Source: Hydrolagus colliei
Lineage: Eukaryota
NCBI GenBank assembly: GCA_035084275.1
Contig: CM068764.1
Location: 4,898,001-4,962,000, forward strand
Length of the DNA stretch: 64,000 bases
Reading direction: 5' to 3'
Shown: piece by piece, positions 62,262 through 64,000 of the stretch
Layout of the letters: each line of letters opens with the position of its first letter
Position numbering within the stretch: position 1 is the first letter of the stretch
The notes under the pieces: model-generated
The model's database searches: none
What the model was told of the DNA's origin: nothing
What the model saw: the letters and a program-made list of their open reading frames with translations, nothing else
Position numbers and translations under genes: made by a program

Positions 62262-63732
62262 TAGGGAACGGCGATATATCGGTATATCGCTAAAACCCGA
62301 TATGATTTTCATATCGGTATGCCGATATAGACATTTTAAAAATACAGATATATCGAAAAACAATATATCGAGGTAAAAAATCGGGATGCGAGCACAATCA
62401 ACTACAAGACCCAGAATGCTCATCTCTATACACAATGCACAGACCGAGGTGCAAAGCCGCCATCTTGTATTCATAGTCCTCGAATACAATATACAGGTAT
62501 GCAAGGGGTGGTGGGGAGAGAGACGGCTGTGGGTGGAGGGGGTGAGGGGGAGAGAGACTGCTGGGGGGGGGGGGGTGAGGGGGAGAGAGACTGCTGGGGG
62601 GGTGGAGGGGGAGATAGACGGCTGGGGGCCGGAGAGGGGGAGAGAGACGGCTGGGGGGGGAGGAGAGGGGGAGAGACGGCTGGGGGTGGGGAGGAGAGGG
62701 GGAGAGAGACGGCTGGAGGGGAGGGGGAGAGAGACGGCGGGGGGTGGGGGGGAGGGGAGGGGGAGAGAGACGGCTGGGGGGAGGGGGAGAGAGACGGCGA
62801 GGGGGGGAGGAGAGGTGCAAAGAGACGGCTGGGGTGGGGGGAGAGGGGGAGAGAGACGGCTGGGGGGAGGGGGAGAGAGACGGCTGGGGGGGGGAGAGGG
62901 GAGAGAGACGGCTGGGGGGGGGAGAGGGGGAGAGAGACGGCTGGGGGGGGGAGAGGGGTAGAGAGACGGCTGGGGGGGGGGGAGGGGTAGAGAGACGGCT
63001 GGGGGGGAGAGGGGGAGAGAGATGGCTGGGGGGGAGTGGGGGAGAGACGGCTGGGGGGGGGGAGAGGGGGAGAGAGATGGCTGGGGGGGGGGAGAGGGGG
63101 AGAGAGACGGCTGGGGGTGGGGAGGAGAGGGGGAGAGAGACGGCTGGGGGGGTGGGGGAGAGAGACGGCGGGGGGAGGGGAGGGGGAGGGAGAGAGAGAC
63201 GGCTGGGGGGAGGGGGAGAGAGACGGCGAGGGGGGGAGAAGAGGGGCAAAGAGACGGCTGGGGGGGGGGGGGAGAGGGGGAGAGAGACGGCTGGGGGGAG
63301 GGGGAGAGAGACGGCTGGGGGGGAGGGAGAGAGAGACGGCGGGGGGTGGGTGGGGGAGGAGAGGGGGAGAGAGACGGCTGGGGGGAGGAGAGGGGGAGAG
63401 AGACGGCTGGGGGGAGGGGGAGAGAGACGGCTGGGGGGAGGGGGAGAGAGACGGCCGGCGGGGCGATTGAGAGAGGAGAGACGGAGAGAGACAAAGAGAG
63501 ACACAGACAGAAAAACACAGAGATGGAGAGAGTGAGAGACACAGAGAGAGAAAGATATTTACCTCCTGAGAAGATAGGCCCCGAATGCGCGCACACCCGG
63601 AATGCGCGCGCACTCCGATGCGCGCGCGCATGCGCAGTACAAAAAAACTGGAAATATCGGTATTTCGGTATATCTCGATAGGAGCCAACCGATATATCCA
63701 TATCCGGAAAATTCCCATATCGCTGTTCCCTG
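62262..63732. mobile_element. Non-autonomous hAT element carrying an internal G-rich minisatellite
   Basis: TIR (T/C)AGGGAAC(G/A)GCGATAT; perfect 8-bp TSD GTATGACT at 62254-62261 and 63733-63740; ends resemble the 17149-17467 element in reverse orientation. Confidence 0.92.
62505..63460 (+). repeat. G-rich minisatellite, ~25-33-bp unit (GGAGAGGGGGAGAGAGACGGCTGGGGGGG), about 30 copies
   Basis: Visible periodic GAGAGACGGCTGGGG core with variable G-runs. Confidence 0.95.
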
Positions 63733-64000
63733 GTATGACTAAGTACCCCAAACATATCCTGCAGTGTATAATGGGCGCAAAAGGTGGAAGGAAGGTTGCA
63801 CTGACCATAGCTCAATTTTGAAATGAAGATGGTAGTGTGACTCAGGTTTATGTGTTATAACATTACACAAGTGTGATACTGGGCATTCTTCTATGAGAGG
63901 GAGGGACAGAGTTGGAGTAGAATAATCAGACCTTTACCACTGTGTTTACCTGGTGACACACTTAACCTCACACTGAGCAAAATGTAGGAAACATTCTACA

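Noticed and set aside
62202-63821. Long Pro/Ser- and Gly/Arg/Glu-rich ORFs on both strands (up to 537 aa)
   Set aside because: Stop-free translations of the G-rich minisatellite inside the hAT element.

Overview
Vertebrate (eukaryotic) genomic DNA, inferred to be from a cartilaginous fish because of its repeat content (Deu-domain SINEs, L2-tailed tRNA SINEs, CR1, Penelope-type relics). The compact introns hint at a chimaera, but that is not proven. Four spliced genes can be rebuilt by hand with GT-AG junctions and consistent reading phase. (1) RAP1GAP2 on +, about 313-29257, 22-23 coding exons, with a divergent C-terminus and a ~3.3 kb 3'UTR. (2) A tapasin-family gene on -, 36231-45300, 8 exons, 443 aa, ending in a KKxx ER-retrieval motif, with two ISRE/IRF sites upstream. 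(3) EXO5 on -, 48167-53688, whose CDS is split into 6 exons including a 19-nt microexon. (4) LIAT1/C17orf97 on +, 55660-58748, head-to-head with EXO5 across a CpG-rich promoter. Other content: two related hAT MITEs with perfect 8-bp TSDs (one carrying a ~1 kb G-rich minisatellite), Charlie- and Tigger-like MITEs, a 5'-truncated CR1, many L2/SINE fragments, two Penelope-type hammerhead relics, a perfect 35-bp-arm hairpin and a 144-N assembly gap. Homology calls come from my recollection of the human/fish proteins, not from a database search.
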